Shown: positions 43,971-52,477 of the stretch, piece after piece
Layout: every line of letters starts with the position of its first letter
Numbering within the stretch: the first letter of the stretch is position 1
NCBI GenBank assembly: GCA_023259115.1
Contig: JAHFQW010000004.1
Coordinates: 12,768-76,767 of the forward strand
Source: an archaeon
GTDB lineage: Archaea > Nanobdellota > Nanobdellia > Woesearchaeales > GW2011-AR9
Direction: 5' to 3'
DNA length: 64,000 bases
Translations under genes and position numbers: made by a program
Notes under the pieces: generated by a model
What the model was told of the DNA's origin: nothing
The model's input: only the letters and a program-made list of their open reading frames with translations
Database searches by the model: none

Positions 43971-45776
43971 TCAATACTTGTTTTTCAAATTCAATTTCGC
44001 ATACAAACCTAAACTGCGAATTTCATCCAGCAGTAATTTAAACGCGTAACTAACCTCAATATCCGACATATCTGAATTCTCTCCATAGAGAGGCGAAATC
44101 GATCGGCCATTTTTGCGGAAATCGTAATAACCCATCAACCCTGACTTCTCACACACCGGCACAACAATACGATCCGCATCAAATCGCTCTTTGAGCAACA
44201 ACGACGCACCGTGTGCTATCAACGTGTCTTTCTCCATCTCTCCTAAACGTAATCCACCTTCTTTGGCCTTACCCTCAGTTGGTTGTCGTGTTAATAATTG
44301 AATTGGACCACGCGCCCGAGCCTGCATTTTATTAGCAACCATGTGTCGCAATCGCAAATAATACATATTACCAACATAAATTTTTGCCAGCATCTGCTTA
44401 CCCGTTCGACCATCAAAAAATATTTCCGTTCCATCTTCACGAAATCCTAATCCTAACAACTCTTTTCGTAAATCTGCTTCTTTTTCACCTTCAAATAACG
44501 TTCCATCCACAAATCGTCCCGCCAATGCTCCAACTTTAGCGCCAATCAATTCAATCAAATGTGAAATCGTCATCCGTGAAGAAATACCATGCGGTGTAAA
44601 AATTAAATCAGGCACAATCCCTGATGTAGAAAAAGGAATATCCTCCATAGGCACAAGAATTCCTGTAACTCCTTTCTGTCCATGACGTGACGTAAACTTA
44701 TCCCCAATCTCTGGAATTCTCTCTTCACGCAATCGCACTTGCACAAGCTTATTTCCTTCCTCATTTTCGGTTAACACAACAAAATCAGCAATACCATGCT
44801 CACCATGTTTCAAAGAAACAGAACTTTCACGTCGTACAGAGGTAGATAAATTATATTCATCCAAACTACTCAAAAATCGCGGTGGACTTGTTCGACCAAT
44901 AATAACATCGCCTTCATCTAACTTAGCTTCCGGATAAATAATACCATCTCCTTCCAAAAATCGATAATCATGCTCAGAACGATATCCTTTTACATCTTTA
45001 TCAGGAACTGATATTTCATCAATTAAGCCACCAGAATAACGCAGCTCCTCAGCGCCAACGGGTCTAAAATAAGTACTTCGCGCCAAACCTTTTTGTACTG
45101 ACGCCTTATTAAGAATAACCCCGTCCTCCATGTTATACCCATCATAACACATAACCGCAACAATCATATTTTGGCCTGACGGATGCTCATCATAATCAAC
45201 CACTTCATGAATTTTCGTCTTCACAATAGGAAAATGCGGATAATGCAGTACATTCGCATCCATATCCATACGCAAATGATAATTTGCCGCATAAAAACCC
45301 AACGCTTGCTTCTGGTTTTTACTCCCAATAATTAAACGAGAACTTTGATTATAATTTCCAAAAGGCACAAGCGATGTTGTCAAACCTAAAATCACTCCTG
45401 GAGCAATTTCCAGATGCGTATGATCTTTTGACAACTCTTCTTCACGATACGCAACAAGTGCATTCTCCTCCTCACCCGCATCAAGATACTCAATTACTCC
45501 TTGACGCACTAAATCCAACCATGTAATTTCAGAATCTTCCAATTGCTTAATATGTTTCTCTGTTAACAATGACTTGCCATCTCGTACCATAATCAATGGT
45601 CTTCGCGCACGGCCTTCATCCGAAAACAAATGAACTTCCGCCGCCGTTAAATCATAATGAACATTAAGACCCTCTGGTAATGTTCCCCTTCGACGTAAAT
45701 CTTTCACATCATCAACAAAAGATTTAATCTCTTCTACTGAACCAATAAACCGCGAATTTAAGTATACATCTGCCAT
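43971..45776 (-). CDS. rpoB1: DNA-directed RNA polymerase subunit B' (Rpo2C, C-terminal part of B)
   Basis: GDKFTSRHGQKGV, GEMEKD and the C-terminal Zn ribbon CEKSG. Confidence 0.95.
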   Translation of the reverse strand: MADVYLNSRFIGSVEEIKSFVDDVKDLRRRGTLPEGLNVHYDLTAAEVHLFSDEGRARRPLIMVRDGKSLLTEKHIKQLEDSEITWLDLVRQGVIEYLDAGEEENALVAYREEELSKDHTHLEIAPGVILGLTTSLVPFGNYNQSSRLIIGSKNQKQALGFYAANYHLRMDMDANVLHYPHFPIVKTKIHEVVDYDEHPSGQNMIVAVMCYDGYNMEDGVILNKASVQKGLARSTYFRPVGAEELRYSGGLIDEISVPDKDVKGYRSEHDYRFLEGDGIIYPEAKLDEGDVIIGRTSPPRFLSSLDEYNLSTSVRRESSVSLKHGEHGIADFVVLTENEEGNKLVQVRLREERIPEIGDKFTSRHGQKGVTGILVPMEDIPFSTSGIVPDLIFTPHGISSRMTISHLIELIGAKVGALAGRFVDGTLFEGEKEADLRKELLGLGFREDGTEIFFDGRTGKQMLAKIYVGNMYYLRLRHMVANKMQARARGPIQLLTRQPTEGKAKEGGLRLGEMEKDTLIAHGASLLLKERFDADRIVVPVCEKSGLMGYYDFRKNGRSISPLYGENSDMSDIEVSYAFKLLLDEIRSLGLYAKLNLKNKY

Positions 45777-45819
45777 AGTATTTCAAAAGAGTTTTACCCT
45801 CAATAGAGTATGTTAACTC

Positions 45820-47292
45820 CTATGCCTCCTTCAACGAAAGCGTCTTTAATTTTTCTAACACATCATGTTCATCTGCCGTTTGCGAAAGCGAACATAACAT
45901 AGCCATATTCTTACGTAACCCAATGTTTGTACCTTCTGGCGTCTCAATGGGACATAACCGACCAAGATGAGTACAATGTAACGCCCGTGCCTCAAAATTC
46001 TCCTGCGAACTCGATAATGGACTTACAACTCTCTGTAAATGAGAAACCATCGCCAGATAATTTGAACGATCCATTCTCTGAGATACACCTTGTCTTCCGC
46101 CAACCCACTCTCCCGTTGCCATAGAAGAATAAAGACGTGAAGTTAACAATTTATCGCGAATAATTACACGAATGGAAGGTAACTTACCCCGCTTGATAAT
46201 TCGCTGAAAATTGTATAAAATATCACTAACTAAAACTTTAAAATTCACACGAAATAAATCTAACAACAAATCCCCGCTCATCCTAATTCGCTTATTCATA
46301 TAATGGTCTTTATCATCTTCCGGACGTGTCCCATTACTCACTTCAATAAATTTTTTCAGCATCTTACACAAAGACTTAGCCTTTGTTAAATGATCATTTC
46401 CATCCATGCCAATATTAGGGAGCAAATATTTATCAAGTAACTCTTTTGCACGTTCCATGCGAATCTCTCTTGCCTGTGCAATACCTACACGTTTCGCGAT
46501 ATAATCAATCGCATCTTCTTCTGTCTTTATATCGACAAACTCAAATAAATTAAGTAGTAATTCCTCATACGTTTTCTCAGCCGAAATTGCTCGCATAATT
46601 TCTTCATCTTTCAATAAACCTAATGCTTTGAGCACAACCACAATCGGCATTGACTTAACCCGTGTAAACGACATATAATAAAGCCCATCTTTCTTGCGTT
46701 CAAATTCATGTGGAATCTTGTAGGAACCACGAGATGCAAAGAATCGTCCAGAAAAGTTGCCTTCTCCATCACTCTCCACCATAAACATATTACCCGCCAA
46801 ATCTTCCACATTAACAATCACTCTCTCCGTACCATTAATAATAAAATAACCGCCCGGATCCGTTGGATCTTCCCCATGCTTAATCAGATCCTCACGCTTC
46901 ATACCATCCAAATGACAATGTTTGCTCCTAAGCATAATAGGCATTTTTCCCACTTCCGTCACAAAATTTTCACGCTGCACATCATTAACATACGAGCTTA
47001 CCTCTAAATAGATAGGTGCATGATAAGAAATTTTTCGCAGTCGTGCCTCAATAGGATAAATCGGCCTCTTGCTGCCATCTGCTTCTGTAATCTCTGGCTT
47101 TCCAATCGTAATTCTCCCAAAACGAATCTTAAACTTCTCAATATTATGAGGAATAATGGTCGGTTCCGCCTCTTTATTCTCCTCAATAACTTCTTGCAAT
47201 CCTTTCTCCAACAAATGATTAAAAGATTGAATACTACTCTCAACAAATTTTTTCTCTTCAAAATATTTTTTAACTAAAATTGACCTATCCAT
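45820..47292 (-). CDS. rpoB2: DNA-directed RNA polymerase subunit B'' (Rpo2N, N-terminal part of B)
   Basis: Rpb2 N-terminal protrusion/lobe similarity; split-B organisation. Confidence 0.9.
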   Translation of the reverse strand: MDRSILVKKYFEEKKFVESSIQSFNHLLEKGLQEVIEENKEAEPTIIPHNIEKFKIRFGRITIGKPEITEADGSKRPIYPIEARLRKISYHAPIYLEVSSYVNDVQRENFVTEVGKMPIMLRSKHCHLDGMKREDLIKHGEDPTDPGGYFIINGTERVIVNVEDLAGNMFMVESDGEGNFSGRFFASRGSYKIPHEFERKKDGLYYMSFTRVKSMPIVVVLKALGLLKDEEIMRAISAEKTYEELLLNLFEFVDIKTEEDAIDYIAKRVGIAQAREIRMERAKELLDKYLLPNIGMDGNDHLTKAKSLCKMLKKFIEVSNGTRPEDDKDHYMNKRIRMSGDLLLDLFRVNFKVLVSDILYNFQRIIKRGKLPSIRVIIRDKLLTSRLYSSMATGEWVGGRQGVSQRMDRSNYLAMVSHLQRVVSPLSSSQENFEARALHCTHLGRLCPIETPEGTNIGLRKNMAMLCSLSQTADEHDVLEKLKTLSLKEA

Positions 47293-47521
47293 CGATTACA
47301 CCTCGATAATAGAAAGAAACACCCGCAGTCTTACTCTCTCTCTCTATTTTGACAATATCTCCCGACTTTAAACTCAATTTAGCGACCGCAGGATCGGTTT
47401 TAAGAATTTTTGGTAAATCACGAATTGACACAACATACTGCTCAAATAATTTAGCTTTTTCCGCCTCGCTAAGCTTTGTATGCTTAGGAACTAGTTGATG
47501 ATGATTTGTGGTAAATGCCAT
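47285..47521 (-). CDS. rpoH: DNA-directed RNA polymerase subunit H (Rpo5)
   Basis: 78 aa, HTKLSEAEKAKLFEQYVVSIRDLPKILKTDPAV. GGGAG ribosome-binding site upstream. Confidence 0.85.
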   Translation of the reverse strand: MAFTTNHHQLVPKHTKLSEAEKAKLFEQYVVSIRDLPKILKTDPAVAKLSLKSGDIVKIERESKTAGVSFYYRGVIDG

Positions 47522-47539
47522 TTTTTATCTCCCTACACG

Positions 47540-47600
47540 TTCACTCAACGTTGACTAATCTCAACATTAACTTCACTCAACTCTAACTTCTTTCACTCAA
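47540..47600 (-). promoter_or_regulatory. three direct repeats (TTGAGTGAA on the coding strand) in the rpoH upstream region
   Basis: On the plus strand, TTCACTCAA occurs at 47540, 47572 and 47592. Each is followed by a TAACTT-like half-site. Confidence 0.35.
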
Positions 47601-47682
47601 ATCTTAACTTCATTTAACTCCTCTCGACAAACTCTTCTCACCATCAAGCTAAATATTTTTTTTCCAATAAAGGAAAAATGGA

Positions 47683-47834
47683 CGGGCCGGACGGGACTGT
47701 CTCAACACGTCGCAATTGCTCCATGCTGTTTCGAACCCGCGACCGCTTGATAGCTTCTGTCTGTTATGACATCTCTGTCACAAGACCCACTTGACGTAAA
47801 AGTCAAGCGCTCTACCAAGCTGAGCTACCGGCCC
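47683..47834 (-). tRNA. tRNA-Lys (anticodon TTT) with two introns. Intron 1 is at 37/38 (47752..47796). Intron 2 is in the T-loop (47696..47728).
   Basis: Acceptor GGGCCGG/CCGGCCC plus G73. D-arm GCTC-AGCTTGGTA-GAGC. Anticodon stem CTTGA/TCAAG with loop CTTTTA|A. The intron carries GTCAAG, which can pair with the anticodon region. T-stem GCGGG/CCCGT (G-U) with T-loop TTCGAAA. Confidence 0.7.
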
Positions 47835-47837
47835 ATA

Positions 47838-47986
47838 CGCCTTGGCCGGGACTTTCACACCAACACATTAAGTGTAATAGGTATTCGAACCCGGGTCGGG
47901 GCCTTTCTTAAGCAGCATGGAAATAAGTATGAACCCTTCCACCCACCTCGACAGGGCCCCATGCTAGGCCGCTACACTACCAAGGC
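47838..47986 (-). tRNA. tRNA-Asp (anticodon GTC) with two introns. Intron 1 is at 37/38 (47905..47948). Intron 2 is in the T-loop (47851..47882).
   Basis: Acceptor GCCTTGG/CCAAGGC plus G73. D-loop AGCGGCCTA. Anticodon stem GGGCC/GGCCC with loop CTGTCG|A. T-stem CCGGG/CCCGG with T-loop TTCGAAT. Only 3 nt separate it from tRNA-Lys. Confidence 0.7.
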
Positions 47987-48490
47987 AACACTGACAGCAT
48001 ATCCCCTATCGACGAAAATCCTATGAAAAAGATAACTCGATGTAGAATAGCGTGGCCATGTTTGAACGTAAAAACGGGGGTTTACTTATAAAGCTTTCGC
48101 TCAAACATTCAAAATACATATACTGCATTATAGTAAATCCCCCCAGCGTTCAAACAAAATCATCAAATCTATCGAACATCAACCAAACAAAATTTAAAAA
48201 AGAGGAAGAGATGAAATCATCATCTTCCTCCCTGAGTCCCCCCTCCCAGAATCGAATTTCCCAAACAATACCAAATTTTTTTATTAAATTTTGTTAAAGT
48301 TTACCGGGGATCTCTCGGTCTCAGCTGACTCTTAATCATCACAGTCATTGACATATCATAAGAGTTTCTACAGCCGAGCGTTCTAGCCGCTAAACTAAGG
48401 GGGGATACTCGATAAAAACAAGAAATGATTTATAAAACTTTGTATAGAGTACTTTAAATAATTCATTATTTTATCAAAATTGAAAGTACT

Positions 48491-48542
48491 TCTTAGAGGG
48501 GTTTGAAGAATTTTAGATGGTTAATCAAACCCATTTATAGAG
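48491..48542. mobile_element. short MITE derivative with an eroded right terminal inverted repeat
   Basis: TAGAGGGGTTTGA-AGAATTTTAGATGGTTAA-TCAAACCCATTTATA. Confidence 0.5.
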
Positions 48543-48588
48543 AAGAAAACTGATTCAAAAAAAGTAAAAAGAAATTAAACCAACAGAT

Positions 48589-49575
48589 TTATTTCTTATC
48601 CTCTAAAAACGCACTCAACGCCGCCGCTCCCGACGGAACCATACTCTGCCCATACTGACTCAAAAAATCAGATATCTCAGACATTCTATGAAAAGAAAGA
48701 TTACGATGTTCAAATTTACCAGGAGCTTTCTCCCTCCAACGTTGCTCTAACTCTGATTGCGAAGCATAAATCGGAATACCGCAAATCACTTCGGGCAACC
48801 GTGACGGAATTTGTCGTATAATACCATAAAATAATGGTTCACCCATCTGTGTTGCATCCAAACCCATCTCCTCACGTAATTCCACTTTTAAATGACGTGC
48901 AATATCAATATCACGGCCATCTTTAGCCACATCAATAACCCCGCCAATCACGTGATGTACATTAGGATAAATCACCACCTTATCCGAACGCATACCAATA
49001 GGCACATAGATACTGGATTCATCTCCCAACACATTATAGCCATATAACACAGAACACACCGCCAACGCATTCGCAAAATAAAAATTAGGATCCGCACGAT
49101 CTTGCATACCACAATCCATGAGCTTTGCTCGAAATTCCGGCTCACGAATTGCCCTCTCATTTGTCCCAGAAAAATGCATATAATCCGTAACGCTCAACGC
49201 CAAATACAACTTTTTATCCTCTAGAACTGCTCTTGACAAACGATACTTCTCATTTACCCCACCTACTTGTTTCAACATACGTCCAATCTTAGATTCATCA
49301 CCCAACGCAATAGCTGAACTAAATTCTCCACTTCTCGCTATAAACATACGCTGTTGTACTGTATCCCAATACTGAAATATCCCTCGTGTAATCTCCGCCC
49401 GTTCCAGTGGAAAACTCAAGGGTTCTCCTTGCGTCACCACAACTTCTAACTCAGAAAAAGAAATAGGTGCAGCTGGTTTTACAATATATTCCCATGTCTG
49501 TTCTTCAACCATAGAAACTACTTTAAAGTGATGATATATAAATCTTTCCCTCATAACTCTGCAGAAGAATCTCAT
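48589..49575 (-). CDS. hypothetical protein with a degenerate Nudix-like segment
   Basis: IGGVIDVAKDGRDIDIARHLKVELREEMGL loosely resembles the Nudix box (REx2EExGu). Confidence 0.3.
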   Translation of the reverse strand: MRFFCRVMRERFIYHHFKVVSMVEEQTWEYIVKPAAPISFSELEVVVTQGEPLSFPLERAEITRGIFQYWDTVQQRMFIARSGEFSSAIALGDESKIGRMLKQVGGVNEKYRLSRAVLEDKKLYLALSVTDYMHFSGTNERAIREPEFRAKLMDCGMQDRADPNFYFANALAVCSVLYGYNVLGDESSIYVPIGMRSDKVVIYPNVHHVIGGVIDVAKDGRDIDIARHLKVELREEMGLDATQMGEPLFYGIIRQIPSRLPEVICGIPIYASQSELEQRWREKAPGKFEHRNLSFHRMSEISDFLSQYGQSMVPSGAAALSAFLEDKK

Positions 49576-49623
49576 TTAAAACAAAAAAATTTATTAACAC
49601 CTCGCTTTCCCCAATAGATATAT

Positions 49624-49771
49624 GCGGTAGTAGTACAGTGGTTAGTATACGGCCTTGCCATAGACTAATCTTACACAGACTACAAACAGGCTGTGACCCG
49701 AGTTCGAATATGTCACGTGAACAAAAGTAATCATAACAGATCACGCCACATCGACTGTCTCGGCTACCGCA
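49624..49771 (+). tRNA. tRNA-Gly (anticodon GCC) with two introns. Intron 1 is at 37/38 (49661..49687). Intron 2 is in the T-loop (49710..49758).
   Basis: Acceptor GCGGTAG/CTACCGC plus A73. D-arm GTAC-AGTGGTTA-GTAT. Anticodon stem CGGCC/GGCTG with loop TTGCCA|A. T-stem CCGAG/CTCGG with T-loop TTCGAAT. Confidence 0.7.
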
Positions 49772-49816
49772 TCATTTTTTTCTTGAAGAATCTAAATAAA
49801 AAAAAGTAATAATCTC

Positions 49817-50665
49817 TTAATCCAATAAAACCCATTTCTTCTCATCAATTTTCAATCTAATATCGTCATGTAACAAAGAATCATGCTTCACTAATCTTTC
49901 ATTAATACAAACTTCAAGTTCAAGACCCTCTCTCGCTACTTTTCTTCCACCATAAACTGCAACCATCGCAGCAATTGCATCTTTTGTTCTATCCATTAAT
50001 ATTGGATATTGTTCATAAAAATTCTTCCGAACATCTAAAGAAGTATACTCTGGATGTGTAACAGCCATTGCTAACCAAAAATAACTGCCCGTACAATTCA
50101 TCTTTTTTGAAAAACTTTTCCATGTTTTATTTTCAAGCGCAAAATTCGCATATTCTTTATACCCACACCAATAAACAGGTCTAGTAATCACAATATCTGC
50201 AGCTAACCACGGATCATTAATTAATTCCACTTGATTTGCAGCATAATCACTTCTTATACTATCCAAAAAATATAAACATTGTTTTAATCCACTCTCTCGC
50301 TCATCTCTCTCTAAGCTGGGATAAATCATTCCTAAAATATCCAACAGAGAACCAGTCCACTCCGGTTTAGGGCCACCAGCTAAAGACTCATAATATCGTT
50401 GAGGATTTGCCTCTCGAACTTTCTCAATAAACTCAGGTAACCGCAATACAACTTGATTTGGATTTTGTAACATCAACTGATAATATTCACAAATAACCTC
50501 ACTTGCTCGCCGCTCTATTAACGCTAATTGACTAATAACATCATCAAAACTGCATTTATTAATAGCTTCTAACTTTCGCACATACCTCTCCTTAACTGCT
50601 TTTTCAAAATCAATTAAATCGCCCATATGAAACACCAACAAACCATGAAGAACATCTATCAACAA
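49817..50665 (-). CDS. hypothetical protein
   Basis: 282-aa ORF. Confidence 0.4.
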   Translation of the reverse strand: MLIDVLHGLLVFHMGDLIDFEKAVKERYVRKLEAINKCSFDDVISQLALIERRASEVICEYYQLMLQNPNQVVLRLPEFIEKVREANPQRYYESLAGGPKPEWTGSLLDILGMIYPSLERDERESGLKQCLYFLDSIRSDYAANQVELINDPWLAADIVITRPVYWCGYKEYANFALENKTWKSFSKKMNCTGSYFWLAMAVTHPEYTSLDVRKNFYEQYPILMDRTKDAIAAMVAVYGGRKVAREGLELEVCINERLVKHDSLLHDDIRLKIDEKKWVLLD

Positions 50666-50829
50666 ATTATTACGGATTCACCATAAACTAATTAATACAC
50701 TAATTAATACTAAAATAAATCCTAGTCCTTTTATAATTTTCCCTCAAAAGAGATCAAATCAAAACTCATTTAATCATTTTTTTTCTCAATTCATAACATT
50801 TTTAAAGATTAAACAGCCATACAAATCAT

Positions 50830-51738
50830 ATGCCACAACAAATCCCGCAGCAAAAAGACAAAACAAGCTCTGCAACAACAGATATTGATCAAGAATATTT
50901 TCTTCAAAATACCATTCTTCAAACTGATTTTCTCTGCGATGCCGCAAGCCTCCTCTCACCACGTAGTACAAAAAGTCAATTTCTCGTAGGAACATTTGGC
51001 AGCGAACATCTTGAACTCCTTGTCCCTGTAACAAAAATCGATCATCTAGACCAAAAACCCATGAGCCCTGCAATCCCCTATCCCATGTATCGTGCTGACC
51101 TTGAATCAAATCTTGCATTAATGTACACAATACAAATGCACCACCCCCTCAGTCCTGCACCAAAACTTCAAGAAGAAAGAGATGAACTCCTGCGCCGATC
51201 AGAAAAACGCTTCAATGATTTAGGATGTGAATATGGTACAGTAAAAGGGTTATATTACAAAGCGATGGCAGCATATTTTCCTGCCGCCTGTTCTGCCATG
51301 CAAATAAAAGCAAAAACACAACAAGAAACAGAAGAAATGTGCAAACTACTCACTCAAGCTATAAATCTCTTTGAACAAACAGCACAAAAAGCAAAAGAAT
51401 ATCACGAATTATACCACACATTTGCATTATATAATTTAGGCCGCTCTCATTTTACCCTTGGCCAAAAAGAATTGGCTCAAACCTATTTTAACCAAGCAAA
51501 ACAAACACCTCTAATCAAAAGAATAGAGAGAGTAGAAAAACATTATGTTAATCAACTCATCAACTGGCATCTAGAAAATATTGACAGTTCATTTTGTGGG
51601 GTTGTTCTTCCAGACCAAGAAAAAATAGAAGAAAAAGTAAGAACAGAAATAAAAAATGTTTTTGTAGGAATATATGGTGGAGGAAATATTGGAGAAGAAC
51701 TCTTCAAATATAGAATAGAGACACAATATATGATATAA
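50830..51738 (+). CDS. hypothetical protein
   Basis: 302-aa ORF. Confidence 0.4.
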   Translation: MPQQIPQQKDKTSSATTDIDQEYFLQNTILQTDFLCDAASLLSPRSTKSQFLVGTFGSEHLELLVPVTKIDHLDQKPMSPAIPYPMYRADLESNLALMYTIQMHHPLSPAPKLQEERDELLRRSEKRFNDLGCEYGTVKGLYYKAMAAYFPAACSAMQIKAKTQQETEEMCKLLTQAINLFEQTAQKAKEYHELYHTFALYNLGRSHFTLGQKELAQTYFNQAKQTPLIKRIERVEKHYVNQLINWHLENIDSSFCGVVLPDQEKIEEKVRTEIKNVFVGIYGGGNIGEELFKYRIETQYMI

Positions 51739-51800
51739 AACAGAGATCACAGAAAAACAGAAAATATTATTCGCTCTATTTCAGTCTCTCATCCAGATAT

Positions 51801-52187
51801 CTACTCCAAAAACAGCACTCCTTTCTCCGACTTAAAATGCGGGTCCCCTGTAACTATTTTTCCTCCCACCCTTCTTGCTAATACTAAGACAAACGCATCC
51901 GCAAGTCCAAACCCCGGAACTTTAGCACGAGTCTGGGCATGAATTAATCCCACTTCTTTGCAAAAATCAGCATCAGCAGGAATAATTTGAGATAATCCTT
52001 GTATCGCTCGAAAAGCAGCTTCGCCATCAAAACCTTTTCTTTTTATTCGACTCACCACCTCAGCCATAGTTACCGCATGTGTGAGAATTTCATGGTTTGA
52101 AAACAGCAATCCTTTTACAATATATCCCTGAGAACTTCCTTCCAAATATTCTATCCAAGCATAGGCATCAATGACAAATTTAGTCAT
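51801..52187 (-). CDS. vapC: PIN-domain toxin VapC
   Basis: N-terminal FVIDAYAWIEYL (conserved Asp) and C-terminal DAFVLVLARRVGGKIVTGDPHF. Confidence 0.75.
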   Translation of the reverse strand: MTKFVIDAYAWIEYLEGSSQGYIVKGLLFSNHEILTHAVTMAEVVSRIKRKGFDGEAAFRAIQGLSQIIPADADFCKEVGLIHAQTRAKVPGFGLADAFVLVLARRVGGKIVTGDPHFKSEKGVLFLE

Positions 52188-52377
52188 GCGTAATCAACTC
52201 ATCTTCTGCGCTGAAACGTCCCACACCTTTAAATTTACCAAACCAGTCTTGTTTTACTTTTACTATCTCGATACGCACAACTTCATCCGACTGGATATGT
52301 TCTAGTTCTATTATCTCTGGAGGGATACGTACCATCATTGAACCCCCCACTTTTCTAGTTGTGACAAGCGCTTCCAT
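52180..52377 (-). CDS. vapB: AbrB/SpoVT-type antitoxin VapB
   Basis: TRKVGGSMMVRIPPEIIELEHIQSDEVVRIEI swapped-hairpin motif. 8-nt overlap with vapC. Confidence 0.65.
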   Translation of the reverse strand: MEALVTTRKVGGSMMVRIPPEIIELEHIQSDEVVRIEIVKVKQDWFGKFKGVGRFSAEDELITHD

Positions 52378-52477
52378 TTTTATTTACCCAAGATATAATT
52401 ATATTAACAATAAGTTATATTTAAATGTTTTGGCAAAAATTAAGAAAAATCAGTAAAAATCCTCAAAACAAACAACT

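Noticed and set aside
40452-47277. Multiple 60-110 aa ORFs on either strand inside the rpoA and rpoB genes
   Set aside because: They are fully contained within long, confidently identified RNAP subunit genes, so they are antisense or frame artefacts.
47679-47682. TCCA following tRNA-Lys G73 as an encoded CCA tail
   Set aside because: There is an extra T between the discriminator and CCA, and the other three tRNAs do not encode CCA. It is probably coincidental.
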